DNA from: Eubacteriales bacterium
Lineage (GTDB): Bacteria; Bacillota; Clostridia; Oscillospirales; CAG-272
DNA: 30,211 nt
Reading direction: 5' to 3'
NCBI GenBank assembly: GCA_045534135.1
Contig: JAZSJE010000135.1
Location: 1-30,211, forward strand
The notes below the pieces were generated by a model. That model was not told the origin of the DNA. It did not search any database and saw only the letters and a program-made list of their open reading frames with translations. The translations under genes were made by a program, and so were the position numbers. Below, piece by piece: positions 1 to 8,271 of this stretch; position 1 is the first letter of the stretch, and every line of letters begins with the position of its first letter.

Positions 1-527
1 GTGGTGGGAAGCAGCACGGGCTCCTTCATGGTGCTGTCGTAGTTGTCTATGAAATCGACAGCATCCTTGTCTATGCCCTTGAAAAGCTCACCGCAAAAGC
101 TGTCAAGCTTTACCTCGGTATAACGCGATGCCGCAAACTTCATGTTTGAGGAATACTGCTTACCAAAGCTTCCCTTGGAGTCTATAAGCGGGTGCAAAAG
201 CGACTCGTTTCCTCTTGTAAGTCTGACGAGAGTTTCGTATATTGCCATATCACCGTGAGGATTGAGCTTCATCGTCTGTCCCACGACGTTTGCGCTTTTC
301 GTTCTGTTACCCGTAAGAAGTCCCATTTTATACATAGTATAAAGAAGCTTTCTGTGAGCGGGCTTCAAGCCGTCTATTTCAGGGATAGCACGCGAAACTA
401 TAACGCTCATAACGTATGGCATATAGTTTTTCTCTATGGTGTCGGTTATAAGCTGAGCCTGAGCGGGTGCGTAAACTATTTCACCGGTATTTTTTGATTT
501 GCTTAATTTAGATGATTTTTTTGCCAT
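1..527 (-). CDS. Type IIA DNA topoisomerase subunit A (GyrA/ParC family), N-terminal part; runs off the window edge
   Basis: Not in the ORF track. Manual translation from ATG at 527 (RBS AAGGACGG upstream) gives MAKKSS...NYMPYVMSVIVSRAIPEIDGLKPAHRKLLYTM...NPHGDMAIYE...KGSFG...AASRYTEVKL, with the RA(L/I)P-DGLKP motif, HPHGD-like QRDR and catalytic-Tyr motif RYTE. Gyrase vs topo IV cannot be decided without the C-terminus. Confidence 0.95.
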   Translation of the reverse strand, partial: MAKKSSKLSKSKNTGEIVYAPAQAQLITDTIEKNYMPYVMSVIVSRAIPEIDGLKPAHRKLLYTMYKMGLLTGNRTKSANVVGQTMKLNPHGDMAIYETLVRLTRGNESLLHPLIDSKGSFGKQYSSNMKFAASRYTEVKLDSFCGELFKGIDKDAVDFIDNYDSTMKEPVLLPT

Positions 528-572
528 TTGGCTACCGTCCTTATTTTTATCTTGAAAAGCCCATCGGGCTGC

Positions 573-1607
573 TTAGATCTTTTTTACAGTGTGAGCTGCG
601 GCTCTTATCATTCTGTTGTAAAGAGCAAGCCCCAGTCCGTTCTGTGGCGGAAGATGAGCATATATTATGTCAGCTCCAAGCGTGTCTGCCTGACGTAAAG
701 CTCCAAAAAGTCGCTGTCCCTGTGTAGCAAGATCGGAGCTTGAGCCCACGTCAATAAACCTTGCGCCCTTAAGCTCGGGTATCTCCTCGGTGTAGCAAAG
801 AATAGCGCAGCTTTCACTTTTTGCCGCGTTGCGAAGAAATTCTATGACCTTATCTTCTTCTCCGTCAAGCAGCACGAGAGGCGAGGCGGGGGCGTAGTGC
901 CTGTATTTCATTCCCGGTGAAAGCGGACGCTCGTTTTTAGCGAGTCCCTCTGTGACCGCAGGAGAGATCTCCACGCTCTGGCATACACAGCCGAGCGCGT
1001 CTGCTGTAATAGCTCCCGGGCGAAGAAGGATAGCCTTGCTGCCTTCAAGCTTCACTATAGTTGATTCCAGTCCTATTTCACATTCTCCACCGTCGATTAT
1101 TGCGTCTATTTTTCCGTGCATATCGTTCAGCACGTGGTCGGCTGACGTAGGGGAGGGAGAGCCTGATATATTCGCAGAGGGAGCAGCGATAGGTCTTCCT
1201 GCCGCGCTTATGAGCGCTCTCGCTATTTTGTGAGCCGGACAGCGCACAGCGACCGTGTCAAGTCCACCCGTTACCTCGTGGGGAACGGTATCCTTTTTAG
1301 GCAGTATTACCGTAAGGGGACCGGGCATAAAGGCTCTCGCGAGTGCATAGTAGGTGTCGGTCGTGAGGGCGTAGTCCTCAGCATCCTCAGGTCTTGCAAT
1401 GTGTATTATCAAGGGGTTGTCCGAGGGGCGCCCCTTTGCTTCGTATATTTTGCGCGCGGCATTCTTGTCGGTAGCATCCGCGCCTAGTCCGTAGACGGTT
1501 TCAGTGGGGAAAGCGACAAGACCACCGCTTTTTATGATCTCTGCACATCTGCCAATAGCATCTGTGTCGGGATCTTCCAAAGTCAACTTAAAAAATTCGG
1601 TATTCAT
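573..1607 (-). CDS. sua5: L-threonylcarbamoyladenylate synthase (Sua5/YwlC type, with C-terminal Sua5 domain)
   Basis: VAFPTETVYGLGA, KGRPSDNPLIIH, PGPLT, AAPSANISG, STIV and SPGMKYRHYAP motifs. Confidence 0.97.
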   Translation of the reverse strand: MNTEFFKLTLEDPDTDAIGRCAEIIKSGGLVAFPTETVYGLGADATDKNAARKIYEAKGRPSDNPLIIHIARPEDAEDYALTTDTYYALARAFMPGPLTVILPKKDTVPHEVTGGLDTVAVRCPAHKIARALISAAGRPIAAPSANISGSPSPTSADHVLNDMHGKIDAIIDGGECEIGLESTIVKLEGSKAILLRPGAITADALGCVCQSVEISPAVTEGLAKNERPLSPGMKYRHYAPASPLVLLDGEEDKVIEFLRNAAKSESCAILCYTEEIPELKGARFIDVGSSSDLATQGQRLFGALRQADTLGADIIYAHLPPQNGLGLALYNRMIRAAAHTVKKI

Positions 1608-1616
1608 TTTGTTCCT

Positions 1617-2690
1617 TTAAAGAGCTTCTGCGTTTTTTAGCTTTTCGGCGGTGTCTGCCGTAATGAGCGCGTCTATCATAGCGCCTATGTTTCCGTTGAG
1701 GAAGCTTTCAAGCGAGAAGATAGTCATTCCTATTCTGTGGTCGGTTATGCGGCCCTGGGGATAGTTATAGGTGCGTATTCTTTCGCTTCTGTCACCGGTG
1801 CCGACCTGACTGCGTCTGTCTGAGGCTATTTTCTCGTTTTGCTCGGTGACCTTCATATCGTAAAGCTTGGTCTTAAGCATTTTCATCGCCTTATCGCGAT
1901 TTTTGAACTGGCTACGCTCCTCCTGACATTCTATAACTATTCCAGTTGGCTTATGCGTGAGTCTTACAGCTGATTCGGTCTTGTTTATGTGCTGACCGCC
2001 CGCACCGCTTGATTTGCAGGACTCAATTATTATGTCTGCGGGATTTATCTCTATCTCTACATCCTCAACCTCGGGAAGTACGGCAACAGTCGCGGTAGAG
2101 GTCTGTATTCTGCCCTGAGATTCGGTTACAGGCACACGCTGTACGCGGTGAACGCCGCTTTCAAATTTAAAACGCGAGTAGGCTCCGTCACCCTCTATCA
2201 TAAAGGTGATCTCCTTAAATCCGCCAAGCTCGGTTTCGTTTGCGTTCATAAGTGAGGTCTTAAATCCGCTTGCTTCGGCATACATGGTATACATTCTGTA
2301 AAGCACACCCGCAAAGAGAGCCGCCTCCTCTCCGCCCGCACCGCTTCGTATCTCGACCATTACGTTCTTATCATCGTTGGGGTCGCGGGGCAAAAGGAGT
2401 ATCTTAAGCTCGTCAAAAAGAGAGTCAAGTCGCAGCTTTAGCTCCTTGTATTCGGCATTTACCATCTCACGCATCTCGACATCAAGATTATCGTCGAGCA
2501 TTTCGCGCAGCCCCTCATACTCGGAGGATGCCGATTTGTATTCGCGGTATTTTTCAATTACCGGAGTCAGTGACTTGTATTCCTTCATGAGCGAAGTGAA
2601 TTTTTCCTGGTCCGAGAATATATCGGGAGAGGCAAGCTCCTGCTCCATAGCAATATAGCGCCCTTCGGCATCCTTGAGTTTTTCTAACAT
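1617..2690 (-). CDS. prfA: Peptide chain release factor 1
   Basis: GGQ motif (SSGAGGQHINKT), RF1-specific PxT tripeptide (RVPVTESQGRIQTS), GAGGEEAALF, RSERIRTYNYPQGRITDHR. Confidence 0.98.
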   Translation of the reverse strand: MLEKLKDAEGRYIAMEQELASPDIFSDQEKFTSLMKEYKSLTPVIEKYREYKSASSEYEGLREMLDDNLDVEMREMVNAEYKELKLRLDSLFDELKILLLPRDPNDDKNVMVEIRSGAGGEEAALFAGVLYRMYTMYAEASGFKTSLMNANETELGGFKEITFMIEGDGAYSRFKFESGVHRVQRVPVTESQGRIQTSTATVAVLPEVEDVEIEINPADIIIESCKSSGAGGQHINKTESAVRLTHKPTGIVIECQEERSQFKNRDKAMKMLKTKLYDMKVTEQNEKIASDRRSQVGTGDRSERIRTYNYPQGRITDHRIGMTIFSLESFLNGNIGAMIDALITADTAEKLKNAEAL

Positions 2691-2713
2691 AGGTTCCTCT
2701 TTAAAACTTGAAT

Positions 2714-4090
2714 TTATCGGTCAAAATTGTAAAAAGCCTTTATAGCTCTGTGGGTTTCGTATACGTCGACCTTGGAAACGACCTCGTAAGGAGCGTGCAT
2801 AGCGAGCACAGGTACTCCAAGATCTATAGTTTCAATATTGTGCTTTGCTATATATTTAGCAACCGTTCCGCCTCCGCCCGCGTCTACGCGTCCGAGCTCA
2901 GCCGACTGCCATACGACACCGTCCTTCTCCATAGCGGCACGCAACCATGCTATAAATTCGGGATTTGCGTCGTTTGTGCTGCCCTTACCGCCGCTTCCTG
3001 TGTATTTGGTGAAGATAGTACCGCAGCCCATCATAGCTGAATTCATCTTCTCAAAGACCTCGGGGAAGGTGGGATCGAAGCATGCCGAAACATCTGCGGA
3101 AAGACACTTGGAGCTTGCTCTGAGAAGTGCGGGTGAGATACCCATAGCCTCAGCGATAGCATTTATAATATCAAGCATAAGATCGCTCTGCATGCCGCTG
3201 ACACCGTCGCTTCCTGTTTCCTCCTTGTCGGCAAGAATACACATGAGCGAGTGAGCGTTTCCCTCATCTATCGAGTCAAACATAGCAGTGAGCGAGGGAT
3301 AAGCGCAAACGCGGTCGTCGTGACCGTAAGAGCCGATGAGCGAGCGGTCAAAGCCTATATCTCTTGCCTTTGCCGCGGGAACGACGCAAAGCTCGGAGGA
3401 GAAGAAATCCTCCTCGCCAATCCCGTATTTTTCGTTTATCAGTGCCATCACAGCGTTCTTTACAGAGTCCTCCTCACCGTCGGGAATATTTCCTACAAGA
3501 ACGTTGAGCTGCTCGCCCTTTATGCCCTCCGAGAGAGGAAGCTTTGCCTGCTCACGTCCGAGGTGGGGAAGAAGATCGGAGATATAGAATATCGGATCCT
3601 CGTCGCACTCTCCTATGCATACGTCTATCGTTGCGCCGTCCTTGGTGATAATTACACCGTGAAGCGCGAGGGGAGTTGCTACCCACTGATACTTGCGGAT
3701 ACCGCCATAGTAATGTGTTTTAAAGAACGCCATGCCCCCGTCCTCATAGAGAGGGCACTGTTTAAGATCTATTCTGGGCGCGTCAATGTGAGATGCGGTG
3801 ATTCGAAGTCCGCCTCGCGCACCGTCGTCACCTATGGTGAAGATAAAGAGATTTTTGCCTCTGTTGTTGTAGTAGAGGCGATCGCCCTTTTTTATCTTGT
3901 CGCCAAATTTATACTCACGAAAATCCTTTGCCTCGAGCATGTCGATAGTAGTTTTTACCGCCTCGCGCTCGGTCTTTGCGCTATCGAGAAACTTTTTGTA
4001 TCCCTCGGCATAAGCGAAAGCACGTTCTGTTATCTCGTCGCCCGCTTTCTTATAAACTGTTTCCTTTTTGTAAAGTATATCCTTGTTCAT
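2714..4090 (-). CDS. M18 family aminopeptidase (aspartyl aminopeptidase-like)
   Basis: SHIDAPRIDLK, THYYGGIRKYQW, YGHDDRVC, DKEETGS and MHAPYE metal-ligand motifs. Confidence 0.93.
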   Translation of the reverse strand: MNKDILYKKETVYKKAGDEITERAFAYAEGYKKFLDSAKTEREAVKTTIDMLEAKDFREYKFGDKIKKGDRLYYNNRGKNLFIFTIGDDGARGGLRITASHIDAPRIDLKQCPLYEDGGMAFFKTHYYGGIRKYQWVATPLALHGVIITKDGATIDVCIGECDEDPIFYISDLLPHLGREQAKLPLSEGIKGEQLNVLVGNIPDGEEDSVKNAVMALINEKYGIGEEDFFSSELCVVPAAKARDIGFDRSLIGSYGHDDRVCAYPSLTAMFDSIDEGNAHSLMCILADKEETGSDGVSGMQSDLMLDIINAIAEAMGISPALLRASSKCLSADVSACFDPTFPEVFEKMNSAMMGCGTIFTKYTGSGGKGSTNDANPEFIAWLRAAMEKDGVVWQSAELGRVDAGGGGTVAKYIAKHNIETIDLGVPVLAMHAPYEVVSKVDVYETHRAIKAFYNFDR

Positions 4091-4101
4091 GTTTAACTCT
4101 C

Positions 4102-4680
4102 CTAATCATTGTAGTATGTATCACGGTAGTATTCGATATTATCATTGATCTTTTTTACGTATTTTTTGGTTTCGGGAAACGGAATTTCCGTAAGCCTTCC
4201 GTTGCTGTCTGTGTATCTTTGGTCAGCGAGCCATTTCGCAACATTGCCCTCGCCACCGTTATACGCGGCAAAGACGGTGTTCCAATCGTAAAATTTTTCG
4301 AAAAGATATTTCAGATAATAAGTCCCGTAGCGTATGCTTACCTTTGGGTCGTAAAGCTCGTTTACCGACAGATTTTCGTTTAGATGCTCAAATGATGATA
4401 GCCAGATAAAGGTTGAGGGAAGCATCTGCATAAGGCCTATTGCTCCCGCGCTTGATATGGCATTGGGATCAAACCCGCTTTCAACGTTTATCACGGATAA
4501 AATTATATATTCGGGTATATTGTATTCCTTTGCGTATATTTCTATGTATTCCTCATACTTCATAGGATGACGTATTTTCTGTACGAGTCCTATCCCAAGA
4601 TTTATCAAAACCGAGAGCAGGATAGCGCATAAGAGAATTATAGCTATTACGACAAGGCGTTTTTTTGTTTTTTGTACCAT
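4102..4680 (-). CDS. Membrane-anchored lytic transglycosylase (SLT domain)
   Basis: N-terminal TM helix; catalytic INVESGF, GLMQ, G-x-x-YL and AAYNGGEGNV motifs. Confidence 0.93.
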   Translation of the reverse strand: MVQKTKKRLVVIAIILLCAILLSVLINLGIGLVQKIRHPMKYEEYIEIYAKEYNIPEYIILSVINVESGFDPNAISSAGAIGLMQMLPSTFIWLSSFEHLNENLSVNELYDPKVSIRYGTYYLKYLFEKFYDWNTVFAAYNGGEGNVAKWLADQRYTDSNGRLTEIPFPETKKYVKKINDNIEYYRDTYYND

Positions 4681-4694
4681 AAATATCCTTTCGG

Positions 4695-5291
4695 CTAAAT
4701 GAGCCCGAGAGTTGCAAAAAGCTTAAGAGCGTCATTTTTGAGCTGTTCACAGTTGCCTGTATTGTTGAGAACGAAATCCGAGTTTTCTACATAAAAGCTG
4801 TCGTCCTTTTGAGCCATTATGCGAAGCTGTGCGCGCTCGGGAGAGAGTGAGTCGCGCTCTATTATTCGCTCAAGCCTGATGTCTTTAGGAGAGATGACCG
4901 AAATTACCGTCGAGCATTCCTTGTGAAAACCTGATTCTATAAGCGTAGGCGCATCTATCGCAACGGCACGGTGTCCGTTTTTTTCGTGCTCGTGAATTAT
5001 TTCTTTGATCCTTGCGATCACTCTGCTTAGCACGGTTGAGTTTAGAAGATCGAGCTTTTCCTGGGAGTTAAATACTATTGCTCCAAGCTTTTCTCGATCA
5101 AGACTGCCGTCAGAAGCGAAAATACCGTCACCGAATGCAAGGCGGAGCGCGTCAAGACATTCGGAGGGAGGGAGAAGCATATCGTGATATACGCTGTCCG
5201 CGTCTACTGTGGGCACACCCATATCACAAAAAAGCTGACACAGAAGTGATTTTCCTGAGCCCGTAGGCCCCGTAATGCCTATTATCTTCAT
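4695..5291 (-). CDS. coaE: Dephospho-CoA kinase
   Basis: IIGITGPTGSGKS P-loop, DAD, LDREKLGAIVF, DAPTLIES; RBS AGAGGAGG. Confidence 0.96.
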   Translation of the reverse strand: MKIIGITGPTGSGKSLLCQLFCDMGVPTVDADSVYHDMLLPPSECLDALRLAFGDGIFASDGSLDREKLGAIVFNSQEKLDLLNSTVLSRVIARIKEIIHEHEKNGHRAVAIDAPTLIESGFHKECSTVISVISPKDIRLERIIERDSLSPERAQLRIMAQKDDSFYVENSDFVLNNTGNCEQLKNDALKLFATLGLI

Positions 5292-5337
5292 GGCTTCCTC
5301 CTCTAAAGCTTCATTTTGATATAATATATCACTCTAT

Positions 5338-5366
5338 ATTATAACTCATTTTTGCTTTTTTTTCAA
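5338..5366 (-). promoter_or_regulatory. Sigma-A-type promoter for the coaE operon
   Basis: Minus strand TTGAAA (5366-5361) - 17 nt - TATAAT (5343-5338), about 45 nt upstream of the coaE start. Confidence 0.75.
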
Positions 5367-5434
5367 TAGCTTATGCACATATTTTTGACCCATAGCATAA
5401 ATAATTTGAGAAGTGCCAAATTTAATGTAAGCGG

Positions 5435-5463
5435 TTGACAAAATTTGTCGTGTGTGCTATCAT
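5435..5463 (+). promoter_or_regulatory. Sigma-A-type promoter with extended -10 for the eutH'-MFS-GDPD-GH92 operon
   Basis: TTGACA (5435-5440) - 17 nt - TATCAT (5458-5463), preceded by TGn. Confidence 0.8.
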
Positions 5464-5488
5464 AATCATAGTAAAATCAAGGATTTTT

Positions 5489-5980
5489 GTGCTTGGAATA
5501 ATAAAATTTCTTACGGGCACAGAGGTAATAGAGGGGCTTGCGACCATTGATGAGGGTGCTGCCGTATGTCTTAATTTCGCTATAGTAATGACGGGTTCTT
5601 TCCCACTGATATACATTATTTCAAAGCTCCTCAAAAGACTTATACAGAGGGTAGACAAGGCGGCGGATATCAACGAGGTGTCGGCTGTCGGCTTTGTGCC
5701 ATGACCCGCGACCAACGTGACTATCTTTGGAATGATGAATGATATGGACAAGAAGGGAGTTTTGCTGAATTTGGTATTTGCCGTATCCGCCGCATTTACC
5801 TTTGCGGGACACCTTGCGTTTACCATGGCTTTCCTCGGAGCAAATACAGCTTACATAGGAGCAGTCATAGTGGGTAAACTTATATCGGGAGTATTTGCTT
5901 TAGCCCTGGCGGCGATTATACATAAGCGCCAGACGGCAAAGAATATAAGTAAGACGGTGCTAACAGAAGAAAATACGTAA
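5489..5980 (+). pseudogene. eutH: EutH-family (ethanolamine permease-like) transporter remnant: N-terminal half missing, in-frame TGA at 5702-5704
   Basis: Track ORFs 5435-5704 and 5717-5980 share one frame. The joined translation ...LGIIKFLTG..EGLATIDEG...GSFPLIYIISKLL...INEVSAVGFVP*PATNVTIFGMMNDMDKKGVLLNLVFAVSAAFTFAGHLAFT matches the EutH C-terminal pattern from memory (NxxxFGMMKDMxxxGKxxNxAFAVSAAFxxGxHLGF). About 163 codons only. Confidence 0.8.
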
Positions 5981-6004
5981 ACACTTTTTAAAGGACGGGG
6001 TTTT

Positions 6005-7414
6005 ATGAAACTGAATTACAAAAGAACGATTTTTGTAGGCTTTGCATTTTTTCTCATCAGTGCGTTCTGGCAAGCGTACGATGCCATTGTGCCACTGATA
6101 CTTACAAACCACTTTGGTATGTCACAGAGTCTGTCGGGTGTAATAATGTCGCTTGACAACGTTCTGGCAGTATTTATGCTGCCGCTTTTCGGTGCGCTCT
6201 CGGACAGAACGAATACGCGCTTAGGAAGACGTAAGCCCTTCGTGCTTTTCGGAACCGTTGCGGCGATAATAAGCTTTATTACACTTACAATCGTTGATAA
6301 TTATCAGCTTGCGAGAATCAGACTTCACTCGATTCCCTCGGATATGATAGCCGCAGGTGACAACGCTGAAAGCATAAGCGCAGTCTGGGAAAAAACGCTT
6401 GAGATAACTCTGGAAAATCCGCTTCCTCTTATCATTTTTATAGGCGTTCTTCTTGTTGTTCTCATATCAATGGCGACCTTCCGCTCTCCCGCGGTAGCTC
6501 TCATGCCCGATGTTACGCTGAAGCCCTTGCGCTCAAAGGGAAATGCGGTGATCAATCTTATGGGCGCGGCAGGTGGAATTTTGGTGTTGACGCTCGGTAT
6601 CGTTTTCAATACCTCGGCTAATAAGCACATGGAATATACGGGCTACGTGCTTTGCGTGTGCGCTATTATGCTTCTCGGCTTTATTCTGTTTATGACCTTG
6701 GTCAAGGAGAAAAAATGGGCGCGGGAGATGGAGGAGGAAAGCGAAAGACTTGGTCTTGATGCTCCCGAAAATACGGAAAACGAAGGTAAAAAAGAAGCAA
6801 GGCTTGGACGCGCAGAGCTTCGTTCTCTCTTTTTGATACTTGCATCGGTTGCCTTGTGGTATATCGGATATAATTCGATAACCAGTAAATATTCGGTATA
6901 TGCATCTACCATTTTGAAGATGGATTACAATAAGACGCTGATAATTGCGCAGATAGCAGCCATAGCCTCATATATTCCCGTTGGCTTTATTGCTTCGAAG
7001 ATAGGCAGAAAAAAGACTATACTTGCCGGTATAGTAATGCTTGGCGGTTCTTTCTTCGTGGGTAACTTTATATCTCCCGGTATGAGTGGAATAGTTATGT
7101 ATCCCGTGTTTGCCCTTGCGGGTATCGGCTGGGCTACAATAAACGTAAACTCCTTCCCGAAGGTAGTAGAGCTTGCGAAATCGGGAAATACGGGAAAATA
7201 TACGGGATATTACTATACGGCATCTATGTCCGCACAGATAGCGGCGCCGATACTTTCGGGCTTTCTTTACGATATAAACATGAGAGTGTTCTTCTTCCTT
7301 TTCGCTACGGTATTCGTGGCGGGCTCATTTGTGACGATGTTCTTCGTTAAGCACGGAGATTCAAAGCCACAAAAGCAGGGGGCACTCGAAAGCCTTGGCG
7401 CGGATGAGGACTAA
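6005..7414 (+). CDS. MFS transporter, GPH/SLC45-like sugar(-conjugate):cation symporter
   Basis: About 12 hydrophobic segments; GALSDRTNTRLGRRKPF loop motif, RSPAVALMPD, KIGRKKTI. Confidence 0.9.
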   Translation: MKLNYKRTIFVGFAFFLISAFWQAYDAIVPLILTNHFGMSQSLSGVIMSLDNVLAVFMLPLFGALSDRTNTRLGRRKPFVLFGTVAAIISFITLTIVDNYQLARIRLHSIPSDMIAAGDNAESISAVWEKTLEITLENPLPLIIFIGVLLVVLISMATFRSPAVALMPDVTLKPLRSKGNAVINLMGAAGGILVLTLGIVFNTSANKHMEYTGYVLCVCAIMLLGFILFMTLVKEKKWAREMEEESERLGLDAPENTENEGKKEARLGRAELRSLFLILASVALWYIGYNSITSKYSVYASTILKMDYNKTLIIAQIAAIASYIPVGFIASKIGRKKTILAGIVMLGGSFFVGNFISPGMSGIVMYPVFALAGIGWATINVNSFPKVVELAKSGNTGKYTGYYYTASMSAQIAAPILSGFLYDINMRVFFFLFATVFVAGSFVTMFFVKHGDSKPQKQGALESLGADED

Positions 7415-7423
7415 GGGGGATAT

Positions 7424-8248
7424 ATGAATCCTTGGATATTAGCACTTTTGATAACCTTGGGGGCAGCGATGTTGCTGTTTTTGATATATCTGATTTTGAT
7501 AGCTCCCGGGAAGAAAAACGGAATTGAAAAATACAAGGGCGCAAAATTTGCCCACAGAGGATTGCACGGTGCGGGAATAGCTGAAAACTCAATGAGCGCG
7601 TTCCGCGCGGCTGTCGAGGCGGGCTACGGAATAGAGCTTGACGTGCGTCTTTCAAAGGATGGGACGTTGGTAGTTTTCCACGATGATACGCTTGAACGTA
7701 TTGTCGGTAGGGAGGGCAGAGTTGACGAGTTTGACGCGGACGAGCTTTGTAAAATGCAGCTTTCGGGCACGTCGGATACTATACCTCTCTTTAGCGACGT
7801 GTTGAAAGCGGTAGACGGAAAAGTACCGCTGTTGGTCGAGATAAAGGAGATGCCCGGTAATTCGGCTGTTTCAAAGGCAACAGCCGAGATGCTTTTGGCA
7901 TACAATGGTCCTTACGTGATAGAATCCTTTAATCCGCTGTCGCTTCATACTGTTGCGAAACGGATGCCGAGGGTTGCCAGAGGAATACTTTCACACAGAT
8001 ATTGCGAATATAAAAAATACAGAAATCCGCTTTATCTCATGCTACAGACGCTTATTTTTAACCGCATAGGCAGTCCTGCCTTTATCGCATACGATCACAG
8101 ACACGCAAGCTGTATTTCGCTTCGCCTGGCAAGAAAAATGGGCGCTGTGACCTTTGCGTGGACCATACGCTCAGCAGAGGAAGAAAAGGAAGCCTACAAA
8201 AACGGATTTGACGGTATTATTTTTGAAAATTACAGACCGAAAAAATAA
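7424..8248 (+). CDS. Glycerophosphodiester phosphodiesterase (GDPD) with N-terminal membrane anchor
   Basis: AHRG, ENS-x-x-AF, IELDVRLSKDG-x-x-VVFHD, LLVEIK and SFNP motifs; hydrophobic residues 4-27. Confidence 0.93.
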   Translation: MNPWILALLITLGAAMLLFLIYLILIAPGKKNGIEKYKGAKFAHRGLHGAGIAENSMSAFRAAVEAGYGIELDVRLSKDGTLVVFHDDTLERIVGREGRVDEFDADELCKMQLSGTSDTIPLFSDVLKAVDGKVPLLVEIKEMPGNSAVSKATAEMLLAYNGPYVIESFNPLSLHTVAKRMPRVARGILSHRYCEYKKYRNPLYLMLQTLIFNRIGSPAFIAYDHRHASCISLRLARKMGAVTFAWTIRSAEEEKEAYKNGFDGIIFENYRPKK

Positions 8249-8271
8249 AGGGGAAGGATCCAAATAAAACT

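Noticed and set aside
192-5266. Plus-strand ORFs opposite the coaE-sua5-topoisomerase operon (e.g. 3251-4096, 281 aa)
   Set aside because: They are antisense shadows of well-supported genes, with no RBS or recognisable motifs.
5702-5704. In-frame TGA in eutH as selenocysteine or as a sign of genetic-code reassignment
   Set aside because: The position aligns with a non-Cys residue in a membrane helix, I see no SECIS-like hairpin, the gene also lacks its 5' half, and TGA is used as a true stop by many intact genes here (ytvI, rbsK, several spoIIIA genes).
7153-7164. Lys (AAG) in the MFS motif FPKVV where Met might be expected
   Set aside because: It is a single substitution judged from memory of homologues; without an alignment I cannot tell variation, decay and sequencing error apart.
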